Assembly (NCBI RefSeq): GCF_032444005.1
Contig: NC_091285.1
Span: forward strand, 413,788,001-413,852,000
Direction: 5' to 3'
DNA: 64,000 nt
Origin: Ranitomeya imitator
Taxonomy: Eukaryota
A program made the position numbers and the translations under genes. Each line of letters opens with the position of its first letter. The stretch's first letter is position 1. The notes below the pieces were generated by a model. It saw only the letters and a list, made by a program, of their open reading frames with translations, had not been told where the DNA came from and made no database searches. Positions 23,468 to 32,714 of the stretch are shown one piece after another.

Positions 23468-26368
23468 TTAGGGAGGGACCACAGCCTGCAGAACCCTTCT
23501 CCCGAAGGTTAGGTCAGACGAAGAGGCTAGGTCTAAGCGGTAGTGTCTGAAGAAGGTTGAAGGTGATGACCAGGTGGCCGCCTTACAGATCTGATCTAAT
23601 GGTACCTCTGACCTTTCGGCCCAGGAGGTCGCCATAGCCCTTGTAGAATGTGTCTTCAGTCCTTGCGGAATGGCGTTCCCGGAGGATGAGTACGCCAAAG
23701 CTATTGCGTCTGTGACCCATCGAGCTATAGTGCCCTTAGAGGCTTTGAGTCCTTTCCTGGGTCCCTGGAAGCAGATAAAAAGAGACCCTTCCTTCCTATA
23801 CTGCTGGGTGATTTTTATGTATTGGACCAGGCACCTTTTAACGTCTAGTGTATTGAATTTCTCTTCCTTCTTATTTTTAGGGTTTTGACAGAAAGAAGGA
23901 AGGATTATCTCTTGGGATCTATGGAATGTTGACGCAACTTTCGGTAGATAGGAAGGGTCTGTTTTTAATATAACTTTATCATCCAGAATTTGTGTAAATG
24001 GAGGGTTAACGGACAGGGCTTGGAGGTCACTTATCCTACGGGCCGAAGTCAGGGCTATTAGGAGGGCCGTTTTAAGAGAAAGAATTTTAAGGGGTACCGA
24101 TTCTATGGACTCAAACGGGGAGTCTGTTAAGGCTGACAGAACTAAGTTCAGATCCCAGGTTGGTAATCTACTTATAGTTAGCGGTTTAGACCTTGCGGCT
24201 GCTCTGATAAACCGTATAACCCAAGGGTTGGCTGCTATGTTCTCACAGTATAAAGCTCCTAGAGCTGCTATCTGTACCTTTAAGGTACTTACCGAAAGGC
24301 CTAAGTCCTTCTGTAGAAATTCTAGTATTTCAGATACTGGAACACCATCTTGCAATTTTACCCCAGAGGAGGACAAAATTTTTTTCCATGTTTTGCCGTA
24401 TATTTTTGTGGTCACAGGTTTTCTACTTTTCATTAGTGTAGACACTAGCTTGTCAGAAAACCCTCTTTCCCTCAATAGTGACCTCTCAAAAGCCACGCTG
24501 TCAGATGGAGATTTTCTGATTGAGGGTGGAACACCGGTCCCTGAGACAAGAGGTCCGGAAGATCCGGAAGCACCCAAGGATCGGTGATTGATAACATCCT
24601 CAGCCATGAAAACCAGGCTCTCTTGGGCCAGAAGGGGGCTATCAAGATGAGTCTGGATTTGTCCTGTCTGATCTTTCTCAGAACTGCTGGAATGAGAATA
24701 GTAGGGGGAAATGCATACATTAGGGTCTGTGTCCAGGGTATTGTGAATGCATCCACAGCCTGAGGATTCCCCCTGGGATCTAGGGAACAGAAAGTTTCCA
24801 CTTTCTTGTTGTGCATATTGGCAAAGAGGTCTATTACAGGGATCCCCCATAGATCTGTGATTTTGTTGAATATGCCCTGATTTAGAGACCACTCCCCCTG
24901 CTTTAGTAGGGTACGACTCAGAAAGTCCGCTTTTTGGTTTTCCACCCCCTTTATATGTAGGGCTGATAGGGACAGGAAGTTGTTTTGTACCAGGCTGAAA
25001 ATTTCGGAGGTAGTTTCCATTAGTGATTGAGACCTGGTTCCCCCCTGGTGGTTTAAGTAAGCTACTACTACTTTGTTGTCCGAGAATACTCGGACATGAT
25101 GGCCTTGTAGTTGGTCTAGGAAGTACAGTAGTGCATGATTCACGGCTCTCAACTCTTTTTGATTTGAGGAAGATCTGAGCTCCTGATTTGTCCATATCCC
25201 CTGAGTGACTCTGTCGTCTAGGTGAGCCCCCCACCCTGTGGGACTTGCGTCTGTGGTAACTATCTGAGACCCCTCTATTACCCAGGGAATCCCTTTTGAT
25301 AAGTTGTTGGGATTCAGCCACCAGCCTAGGGAATGAATAGTGGGTAAACTTAGAGTCATTCGACTTTCTAACCGTCCTCCCAGTATTTTTTGGTTGCTTA
25401 AAATATCCCACTGAAGTGTCCTTGTGTGGAGCTGTGCCCACTGAACGGCTGGGAGACAGGCAGAGAGGGACCCCAGTAATGACATTGCCTTTCTTAGAGT
25501 CATGGTAGGGTTTGCACGCGCTTGTGACACTAGGCGGATTATGTTTTGTTTTTTCTTGTCTGGTAGGTAACAAACCTGAGAACTTGAGTCCAAGGTGAGA
25601 CCCAAGAATTCTTGAACCTTGGTTGGTTCCAGTTTTGATTTTTTGAGGTTCACCAGCCATCCCAATTTTGTTAGGGTGTCTATGACTCTGTCGCATTGTT
25701 GACGGCAGAGTTCGGCCGAGTTGCTCACAATCAGAAAATCGTCTAGATATGGAATAATCAAGACGTCTTCCTCTCTCAGATGTGCCATCATCTCCGCTAT
25801 CAACTTTGTGAAGATGCGGGGAGCAATTGATATGCCAAAGGGAAGAGCCCTGTATTGGTATTCCCTGGTCTGTCCTTTTATGACTACTGCCAGTCTGAGG
25901 AATTTCTGAGAGGTCTTGTGGATGGGGACGTGATAATATGCGTCGCTGAGATCTAGAACTATCATAAAACAGTTGGGAAACAGATTTTTTATCGTTGATT
26001 TTATTGACTCCATTTTGAATCTGTAGTTTTTTACATAGGTATTCAACTTCCGTAAGTTTATTATAGTTCGGAAGGTTCCGTCCGGTTTGGGAACCAGGAA
26101 CAATGGAGAGTAGAATCCCTTCCCTCTTTCCAGAGGGGGGACTTCTTGGATGACAGACTTGTTTACTAGTTTTACAATTTCTAGTTCCAGAGCTTCTTGT
26201 TGATGAGGAGATGATCTCAGCGGTGTTATCACATAATTCCGTGGGGGTAGGGATAGAAATTCTATGCGAAGCCCTTCTCCTATTAATTTCAATATCCAAG
26301 GGCTGGTCGAAATTTTCTCCCAGGCCGGGAGGAATTGAGTCAATCTCCCTCCCACCCTGGGGAAGACG
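23468..26368 (-). CDS. DIRS D long ORF with C-terminal tyrosine recombinase; N-terminal about 630 codons overlap RT
   Basis: Open from the TGA at 26371-26369 to 23468. SARRISDL, KTHSTRAMATSWA and TWSSPSTFFRHY give an R/HxxR/W/Y catalytic set. Confidence 0.9.
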   Translation of the reverse strand, partial: RLPQGGREIDSIPPGLGENFDQPLDIEINRRRASHRISIPTPTELCDNTAEIISSSTRSSGTRNCKTSKQVCHPRSPPSGKREGILLSIVPGSQTGRNLPNYNKLTEVEYLCKKLQIQNGVNKINDKKSVSQLFYDSSRSQRRILSRPHPQDLSEIPQTGSSHKRTDQGIPIQGSSLWHINCSPHLHKVDSGDDGTSERGRRLDYSISRRFSDCEQLGRTLPSTMRQSHRHPNKIGMAGEPQKIKTGTNQGSRILGSHLGLKFSGLLPTRQEKTKHNPPSVTSACKPYHDSKKGNVITGVPLCLSPSRSVGTAPHKDTSVGYFKQPKNTGRTVRKSNDSKFTHYSFPRLVAESQQLIKRDSLGNRGVSDSYHRRKSHRVGGSPRRQSHSGDMDKSGAQIFLKSKRVESRESCTTVLPRPTTRPSCPSILGQQSSSSLLKPPGGNQVSITNGNYLRNFQPGTKQLPVPISPTYKGGGKPKSGLSESYPTKAGGVVSKSGHIQQNHRSMGDPCNRPLCQYAQQESGNFLFPRSQGESSGCGCIHNTLDTDPNVCISPYYSHSSSSEKDQTGQIQTHLDSPLLAQESLVFMAEDVINHRSLGASGSSGPLVSGTGVPPSIRKSPSDSVAFERSLLRERGFSDKLVSTLMKSRKPVTTKIYGKTWKKILSSSGVKLQDGVPVSEILEFLQKDLGLSVSTLKVQIAALGALYCENIAANPWVIRFIRAAARSKPLTISRLPTWDLNLVLSALTDSPFESIESVPLKILSLKTALLIALTSARRISDLQALSVNPPFTQILDDKVILKTDPSYLPKVASTFHRSQEIILPSFCQNPKNKKEEKFNTLDVKRCLVQYIKITQQYRKEGSLFICFQGPRKGLKASKGTIARWVTDAIALAYSSSGNAIPQGLKTHSTRAMATSWAERSEVPLDQICKAATWSSPSTFFRHYRLDLASSSDLTFGRRVLQAVVPP
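24472..26355 (-). CDS. DIRS D RT / RNase H / methyltransferase-like polyprotein (627 aa, no ATG before the RT core)
   Basis: Uninterrupted ORF with LDLSDAYYH, PFG, YLDD, TTDAS, ELRA, SDN, IDLFA, YAFPP. Confidence 0.93.
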   Translation of the reverse strand: MGGRLTQFLPAWEKISTSPWILKLIGEGLRIEFLSLPPRNYVITPLRSSPHQQEALELEIVKLVNKSVIQEVPPLERGKGFYSPLFLVPKPDGTFRTIINLRKLNTYVKNYRFKMESIKSTIKNLFPNCFMIVLDLSDAYYHVPIHKTSQKFLRLAVVIKGQTREYQYRALPFGISIAPRIFTKLIAEMMAHLREEDVLIIPYLDDFLIVSNSAELCRQQCDRVIDTLTKLGWLVNLKKSKLEPTKVQEFLGLTLDSSSQVCYLPDKKKQNIIRLVSQARANPTMTLRKAMSLLGSLSACLPAVQWAQLHTRTLQWDILSNQKILGGRLESRMTLSLPTIHSLGWWLNPNNLSKGIPWVIEGSQIVTTDASPTGWGAHLDDRVTQGIWTNQELRSSSNQKELRAVNHALLYFLDQLQGHHVRVFSDNKVVVAYLNHQGGTRSQSLMETTSEIFSLVQNNFLSLSALHIKGVENQKADFLSRTLLKQGEWSLNQGIFNKITDLWGIPVIDLFANMHNKKVETFCSLDPRGNPQAVDAFTIPWTQTLMYAFPPTILIPAVLRKIRQDKSRLILIAPFWPKRAWFSWLRMLSITDPWVLPDLPDLLSQGPVFHPQSENLHLTAWLLRGHY

Positions 26369-27614
26369 TCACTTGGGGGGGGGGGGGGGGGGTTCTATCT
26401 CGAGGGGAGTTACCAAAAAGGAAACCTCTGTCTTTCCTTCTCCCGTCATCCCATCGGTTTTGCTCCCTCGGTGGTCTCCTTCTAAAAAATTTTCTGTTCC
26501 GAAAGGGCCGTTTATTATATGTTGGGGCCAGGATGGGAAAACCTTTCTTTTTATCACCTGCTTTTTGCAGGATATCGTCCAAAGTCTCTCCAAAGAGGAA
26601 TTTACCTTCACAGGGGATAGAACACAGTTTGTGTTTAGTTTGTAAATCCCCCGGCCAGCTTTTTAACCATAGGGTTCTACGTGCCGCATTTGAGAGAGCT
26701 GCCGATTTAGATGTTAATTTAATGGAGTCGGCCGAAGAGTCTGCCAAGAATGCTGCGGCTCCTCTAATCATAGGGATGGAGTCTAAAATTTTATTCCTAG
26801 GGACCCCATCTCTAATCTGTTTCTCTAAGTTGTCGACCCAAATCATTAAGGAACGCGACGTACATGCCGCTGCTATAGTTGGCCTTAAGCATCCTCCGGC
26901 TGACTCCCAGGCCCCTTTAAGAAAGGTATCTGCTCTTTTGTCAAGGGGGTCTTTCAAGGTTCCCATATCCTCGAATGGTAATGCGAACTTTTTCGAGGCC
27001 TTAGCTACCGCAACATCGAGTTTGGGGGCTTTATCCCACGAAACCGAAGCTTCTTCTTCAAAGGGGTATTTCCTTTTAATAGAGGGAACCGATGCATTTT
27101 TTCTCTCAGGTTTCTCCCACTCCTTCTTAATTAACGTTTGAATATTTTCATTAAGAGGAAATACCTTACGCTTTTTTTGGGAAAGACCACCAAACATAAT
27201 GTCTTGTACCGTTTTATCAGGACGAGGATCTAACACCCCCATCGTCGATCTTACAGCCTTTACAAGGCCGTCAACCTCATCTAGGGGGAAGCAATGACGA
27301 CCCCCACTTTCACTGTCTGAAGAGGAGGGGGATGAATCTTGCGTATCCGAATTTTTACTCTCGGAGCTAGAAGAGTCGGAATTTCTATCAGGAGCTGATT
27401 TCTTAGTAGATCTCCTGTCGCTTTTAAGGGAGTTAAACACCGTCTCAACCTCCGCTTTAATTACAGAGCGTAACTCAGAGGCGAAGTTCGGGGTCTCCTC
27501 ACAGAGGACTCGCTCAATACAGGAGTCGCATAATTTCTTCTCCCAGGACTGTGGTAATGCTTTCTCACATAAGGGGCATGTTCTATTTTTCATCTTCCCC
27601 GTTCTCTTCCTTGC
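26340..27614 (-). CDS. DIRS D gag main exon (C2C2 zinc finger at N-terminus)
   Basis: 417-aa ORF with CPLC-x12-CDSC. Preceded by a TAG acceptor (AG at 27616-27615). An 18-G run at 26375-26392 shifts the last codons. Confidence 0.85.
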   Translation of the reverse strand, partial: ARKRTGKMKNRTCPLCEKALPQSWEKKLCDSCIERVLCEETPNFASELRSVIKAEVETVFNSLKSDRRSTKKSAPDRNSDSSSSESKNSDTQDSSPSSSDSESGGRHCFPLDEVDGLVKAVRSTMGVLDPRPDKTVQDIMFGGLSQKKRKVFPLNENIQTLIKKEWEKPERKNASVPSIKRKYPFEEEASVSWDKAPKLDVAVAKASKKFALPFEDMGTLKDPLDKRADTFLKGAWESAGGCLRPTIAAACTSRSLMIWVDNLEKQIRDGVPRNKILDSIPMIRGAAAFLADSSADSIKLTSKSAALSNAARRTLWLKSWPGDLQTKHKLCSIPCEGKFLFGETLDDILQKAGDKKKGFPILAPTYNKRPFRNRKFFRRRPPREQNRWDDGRRKDRGFLFGNSPRDRTPPPPPQVTSSPGWEGD

Positions 27615-27699
27615 CTAAGATAAGGGAGAAGGGGAACCCCAATTACAAAAAATGAGCTTTCACGAAGATCACTCACCAATCTGACGCAGCCACAGGTAC

Positions 27700-27912
27700 C
27701 GGTTCTGGAGGAGGGGTAGGATCCTGAGGCGTATGATCCGTGGCCGGCCGCAGGTTTACCGCACTGGAACTACATGGTGTGGAATGGCTACTGGATCGGG
27801 AACTTCGGTTGCTTGCAGAAGTTCTCTTCCCCTGGGCATCCGGTTTCTGGCGCTGACGATGGCGCTGCTGCTGCTGCGGTGGCGGCTGGAGCTGCTGATC
27901 GCTGTCTTCCAT
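27700..27912 (-). CDS. Predicted DIRS D gag exon 1 (MEDSDQQ...PPPEP, 71 aa)
   Basis: ATG-initiated Ser/Pro/Arg-rich ORF. The phase-0 donor CCG|GTACCT joins in frame to the main exon; similar exons exist in A and C. Confidence 0.55.
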
Positions 27913-30900
27913 CTTGGAACAGCATGCAGCAAGGGTCTGTCAAGTGCACCTTCTTTTTAAAGGGTGGCGCTTGGTCCCCTCCCCCTGTGGCTGCACTGTT
28001 TGGGGGAAGCGTTTTTTTTTTTTCCTTCCCTAGCCACTGCGCATGCGCGCGCAGCCAGACAACCCGGAAATGAAGGATTCCGGTTCCGGGGCAGCGCCAT
28101 CTTGGTGTAGCCATTTACCTCACTGCCCCCGAACCGGAAGTTCCTCCACTACTTCCGATGCGGCGCCATCTTGGATCCTGGCGTCCTGCGGCAGTGTGCT
28201 GGAGCGCTCCAACTCCTATCGGAGTGGCGGCGGCGCTTCCCCCCGCTCACGCTTCCGGACCCCTCGGTCGAAGTTGTGGCGGCCTCGGATACCGGACCAG
28301 CCGTGGCAGGGGCCTCCCCGCCGCCAGAACTCGGACTGGCCGGTTCCGGATCTTCGCCAGGTTAGTCTTCTGGTCGTCCATGCCAGGTACCGTCCGAGAA
28401 GGTTCCCCGTCAGGGACAGGAAACCAAACTGATGCAGGGGAGAGGTACCGCCCTATTATCCTGTAGGTTTCCTGTCCCTGAAGGGCGGATCCCCTCTCTC
28501 TGGTAGTGCTGTCATGGGCGACTGAGAAAGAAGGTCTTTTTCTTTCAGACAGGCCAGCAAACATAACGTCCTGTGGCGTTTTAAGGGTTTTTGCATCTTC
28601 AATACCCATGGTGTTACATACTGATTTGACTAAATTGTCAATACTGTCTGTAGGAAAGCATGTATCCTGCTCACCCTCTGAGGATATAAACTCTTGGGAA
28701 CCGTCCGAATCTTTATCCTCAACATCCGAAGATTGTTCAGACCTAGGAGAATTATATCTTTTCCTACTCTCTGGAATTTTATCCGAGCTTCGAAAGGCTC
28801 GTAATTCTTCCCTAATCATACTTCTTATATCTTCCGACCTTACTGAAGACTCCTCACGTAAGGTGGATTCGATGTATGACTGGCACAGCTTCTTTAAATA
28901 AGTATCCGGGAGCGGCTGAGAGCATAAAGCACATTGCTTATGTTTGGATTTCCCTGTTCTTTTTTCCTAGGGAATTAGATAAAGAGGGAAGTATAATCAG
29001 CCTAATAGGGTAGACAGACACTCACCCCAGTGAAGCTGTTGTCACAGTACCGGCTGAAGAGGAGGAGACGGAGGCACAGATGGAGGAGCCGACCGGTCCG
29101 ACCTCTTTTCCCTGGCACTCTTAGAAGAAGACCTGCGGCTGCTGCTTTTCCGGCTACCAGGCGTTATAGCGGTGACTTCAGATGAAGGCAACACTGTGTC
29201 CTGGGGAGATGCCATGATGGACGCCTGGTATCAGCGCCGGCGTCCTTTTGTAATGGGGGCCGCCATCTTCTTCCTGCCGCACCCGGAAGTGACCACTACA
29301 TCCGGGTTGCGGCTCTGCTGTACGCGCCTGCGCCTCCATCCAGCGTTCACGCAGGCGCCGTCCTCCTCCTGTATCACCCTGGAAGTTGTGGTAATACTTC
29401 CGGGGGACAAATACCGGGCCACACGCTGCCTGTACGCCACCGAAGATGGCATCACAGGTTCTCTTACCCCAGTGATCTGGTCCCTGCAGGTCGGCTGGAT
29501 GGACATCCGTGAGCCAGGCGACTCCCCGACCCTGGCCTCACGGTACCTGCCAGCAGAGGGGGGAAAGCTGTCACAGGACCCCCGACGCTGCTTCCAGCTC
29601 TGGAGCCCTTGCCGTCCCTATACAGGTAAACTGCGCAAGCGGCATCCAGGCTGGGCATCCTCTTCTCTCCAGGTGTCTCCCGTAGGAACAGGAAACCAAC
29701 TGTGGGAGCGAGGGGGACCGCCCCTTTTATTCTCTCCATAGGGTTTCCTGTTCCTAGGGGCGGATCCCCTCTCTCAAGTGGGTGCTGTCGTGGTGAAGAG
29801 AAAAATTTTTTTGACGCTTTTGCAGTGGCGACATCCAGTATTGGTGCCTTACTCCAGGAAGAACAGGATGGTCGTCAAAAGGATATTTCCTTTTCGGGGT
29901 TAAGAAGACTTTTTTGTCTGGTCTCTTCCATTCTTTTTTTTTTTTTTATTAGGGCATGTATTTTATCATTTACTGGAAATGCTCTTCGTTTCCTTTGTAC
30001 TAGACCGCTAAACAAAGTCTTGCGCGTTTATTTGGATTTGGTCTCTACTAGTCCCATGGTTGTTCTTACCGCTTTTACTAAAGTGTCTGTCTCATGAATG
30101 GGAAAGCAATTGCAGGCCCCCCTCCGTGGAAGAAGAGGACGATAGAGAGGAGAGCGAACTGTCTGAATTAGAGGTATCGCTATCTTCTTCGCTGGAACTT
30201 GGCACCGGGGATCTATGTTTGGACCTATGTTTCCTTTTTAAACCTTTGGCACTTTTTAACGCATCTTCTACCTGGGATTTAATTAACTGTTTTAAGTCAG
30301 ATGCGAATCTTGGGGACTCTTCAGAAATGGTATTTTCTATGCATATGGCACAGAGTTTTTTTTACCCATGTAGCGGGCAGTTCTACGGAGCAGATCGGAC
30401 ATACTCTGTGCCTGGTTTTCGTTGTACATTTCTTCCCCCAAGAAAAACACAATAAAACCCCTTTTTAGGAAATGAGCATTCACGATCACTTAGCCTCCTA
30501 TTTTAAGGGGGATACCGGTTCTGGCGTAGGAGTAGCTTCCTCGACTTGAACCGTTACTGGTCTTCCGGATCCACCCGAGCCTCTGCTACATTGAGATCCT
30601 GAACTGCGATGCTGGGAAGGAGTATCATGCTGTCGTCGCTGCGGTTGGCGCTTTTTCGGCGGGGACTGCAGAATTTCTTCTGCCGGTTGCTCCTTCTCGG
30701 GCCGGGATCACACGCGAGATACGGCCGAGTCTCGCAGGTGAAAACCCAGCTCTGGCACCGGCACTTGGGAGCAGAGCGTGCAGCCGCACAGCAATACATG
30801 GAGCCGCACACTCCACTCTGGAGTGCAGGCACCAGAGCTTGGTTTTCACCTGCAAGACTCTGCCGTATCTCGCGTATGTGTGATCCCAGCCTCACTCATG

Positions 30901-31588
30901 GTGAGCCTTTTCCCAGAGCACCAGCCACTCTGTTTTCTGCTTTCTTTTATGCATAAGCGGGACGGCACACCGCTGGATCCATTACCCAGAGATGCCGTGC
31001 GCCGCCCCTGAAGTGACCCCTGCGACAAGCATTCTGGGACTACCAGAATGCTTTGCAGTCGGTACGCGTGTGCGCTCATTCTCCGGCGTCCTCGCTTCCT
31101 GAAGGGAGCATGGCCATCACCCGCCTCCAGACCACGCCGAAGGAGACCACCACCGCACCCGACCAGCCTCAGCCCTGGGTTTACAGGCGCACAGCGGAGG
31201 AAGCGCCGCTCCATGACGCCCAGCAGGAGAACCGACGATAAGACACCAGGTGACCGCCATCACCTATTACCGGCTACTAGCTTTTTTTTATAGGGAGAAG
31301 CAGACTGGATCTTTCTTCTCTGCTTCTCCCCCGCTCACACACAAGGCCCACGACCCTGGGATCGTGGCCTTTGGGGAGGGATATCCACCGTGTCCAAAGC
31401 AGGGCCCCCCACTGCCAGTAATCGCACCGATGGACCCCCGGCATCCCACGACGAATATGCTGCAGGTTCCCAGTCAGGGACAGGAAACCGAACTGATGTG
31501 GGAGAGAGGTACCGCCTTTTTCACCTGTAGGTGTCTTGTCCCTGAGGGAGGATCACTCTCTCTCTCCATGGTGCCGTCATGGGGGTAA

Positions 31589-32007
31589 GAGAAAAAGAGG
31601 TTAGATTATACTCACCTAGGGGCGGTCCCGTTCGATGGGCGTCCTCTTCTTGCCTTCATGCTCCGGCAGAGCAAAGTACTGAAGTGCACAGGCGCCGGAA
31701 AAGGTCAGAGGCCTGACGCCTGCACACTGCAGTACTTTGCTCTGCCCTCAACAGGGCACACAAAGTACGCCTGCGCAGGAGCCGTGGCAGGAAGACAAGA
31801 ATAGCACATCATCCTATGAATATGGGAGGCCCTGACTGCGACGCCCATTGGACTGCACCGCCCTCCCATGTGAGTATAATCTAACCTCTTTTTCTCATCT
31901 TTCAGGATACATCGGGGGCTTATCTACAGCATTACAGAATGCTGTAGATAAGCCCCTGATGCCGGTGGGCTTAGCTCGCCTTCGATTTTGGGGATGACAG
32001 GTTCCCT
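31589..32007. mobile_element. Remainder of the T2/Kolobok-like MITE split by DIRS B
   Basis: Resumes GAGAAAAAGAGGTTAG and ends TGACAGGTTCCCT. Confidence 0.85.
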
Positions 32008-32714
32008 ATATAAACTTCGGTCCGGTGCACACCTGGTCACCAGAGCTTGTGTATAATTGGCAACAAGAGAATGGTCAGTTCTGGAAAATGATGCAACTAA
32101 ACAAGGGCCAACTACCATGTATACTTCCTTATATTCACAACATTACTCAAGATTAGGGGTTGTGTTCCTACTCTGTGCCCCCCAACTCCACTTCTAAGTT
32201 TTGTAGTTATGTTTCCTTTGTCTTGAGAGATAATAGGGGCAACCGCTGGCAGCATCACTTATAGAGGAAGAGCGGACACTGTCACGCAAAGTGTATGAGA
32301 ATACTAAATGTAATGGGGACAGGGATAAATGGCTTGCAGCATGTGCCCACCTGGGTTATCACTCTGCATGGGGGGGGCTGCTGTAGATATTTTACCTAGT
32401 AAACCATACGACTGACTCACAAACTTGGGTGGTATAACAGAGACAGCTTGGTCTTCTGGTTGTGTCTGTATGCAAATCGCAGGTAAATGTAATGGAGGGC
32501 TGCCTTTACTTTCCTGCTCCAATCCCATTATTGGAGGAAAAAAGAAAACTTGTCCATGTATGCCTCACCCTGGCCATAATACACTCGGACTGCACTTACA
32601 TGCGGGAATTAACTTGCCCTCTATACCACAGCACCATTATGTCCATGGCTCTAGTAGCATTTGCATACGAGAAAACAGTTCACAAAACGCCATGAAGCAC
32701 ATATTTTGTCACAC

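Larger units (their letters stand above)
23074..28529 (-). mobile_element. DIRS1-like retrotransposon D, nested in C gag; near intact, youngest layer
   Basis: Right end and ITR about 23078-23220, ICR 23367-23450, left ITR about 28420-28529; three long ORFs. Confidence 0.95.
19017..29804 (-). mobile_element. DIRS1-like retrotransposon C, nested in B gag (hosts D)
   Basis: Right end about 19021-19165, ICR about 19306-19390, left ITR about 29683-29804; GAAA at both junctions. Confidence 0.92.
14438..31593 (-). mobile_element. DIRS1-like retrotransposon B (decayed, internally deleted; hosts two MITEs and DIRS C/D)
   Basis: Right end and ITR about 14443-14580. ICR about 14718-14790 predicts the left end seen at about 31475-31593. 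YR, RH/MT and gag remnants rejoin when the inserts are removed. Confidence 0.9.

Noticed and set aside
23468-26355. Phage-like integrase and Dam-like methylase, suggesting prophage or contamination
   Set aside because: Both domains sit inside ITR/ICR-bounded DIRS elements embedded in vertebrate gene context.
26335-27141. 268-aa antisense ORF over DIRS D gag, and similar antisense ORFs over A and E gag
   Set aside because: No recognisable domain or clear cross-family conservation; typical shadow ORFs.
27615-27676. The strong GTGAGT donor as the gag intron donor
   Set aside because: It gives 56-63 nt introns and an out-of-frame product in A and D, so the weaker upstream phase-0 donor fits better.
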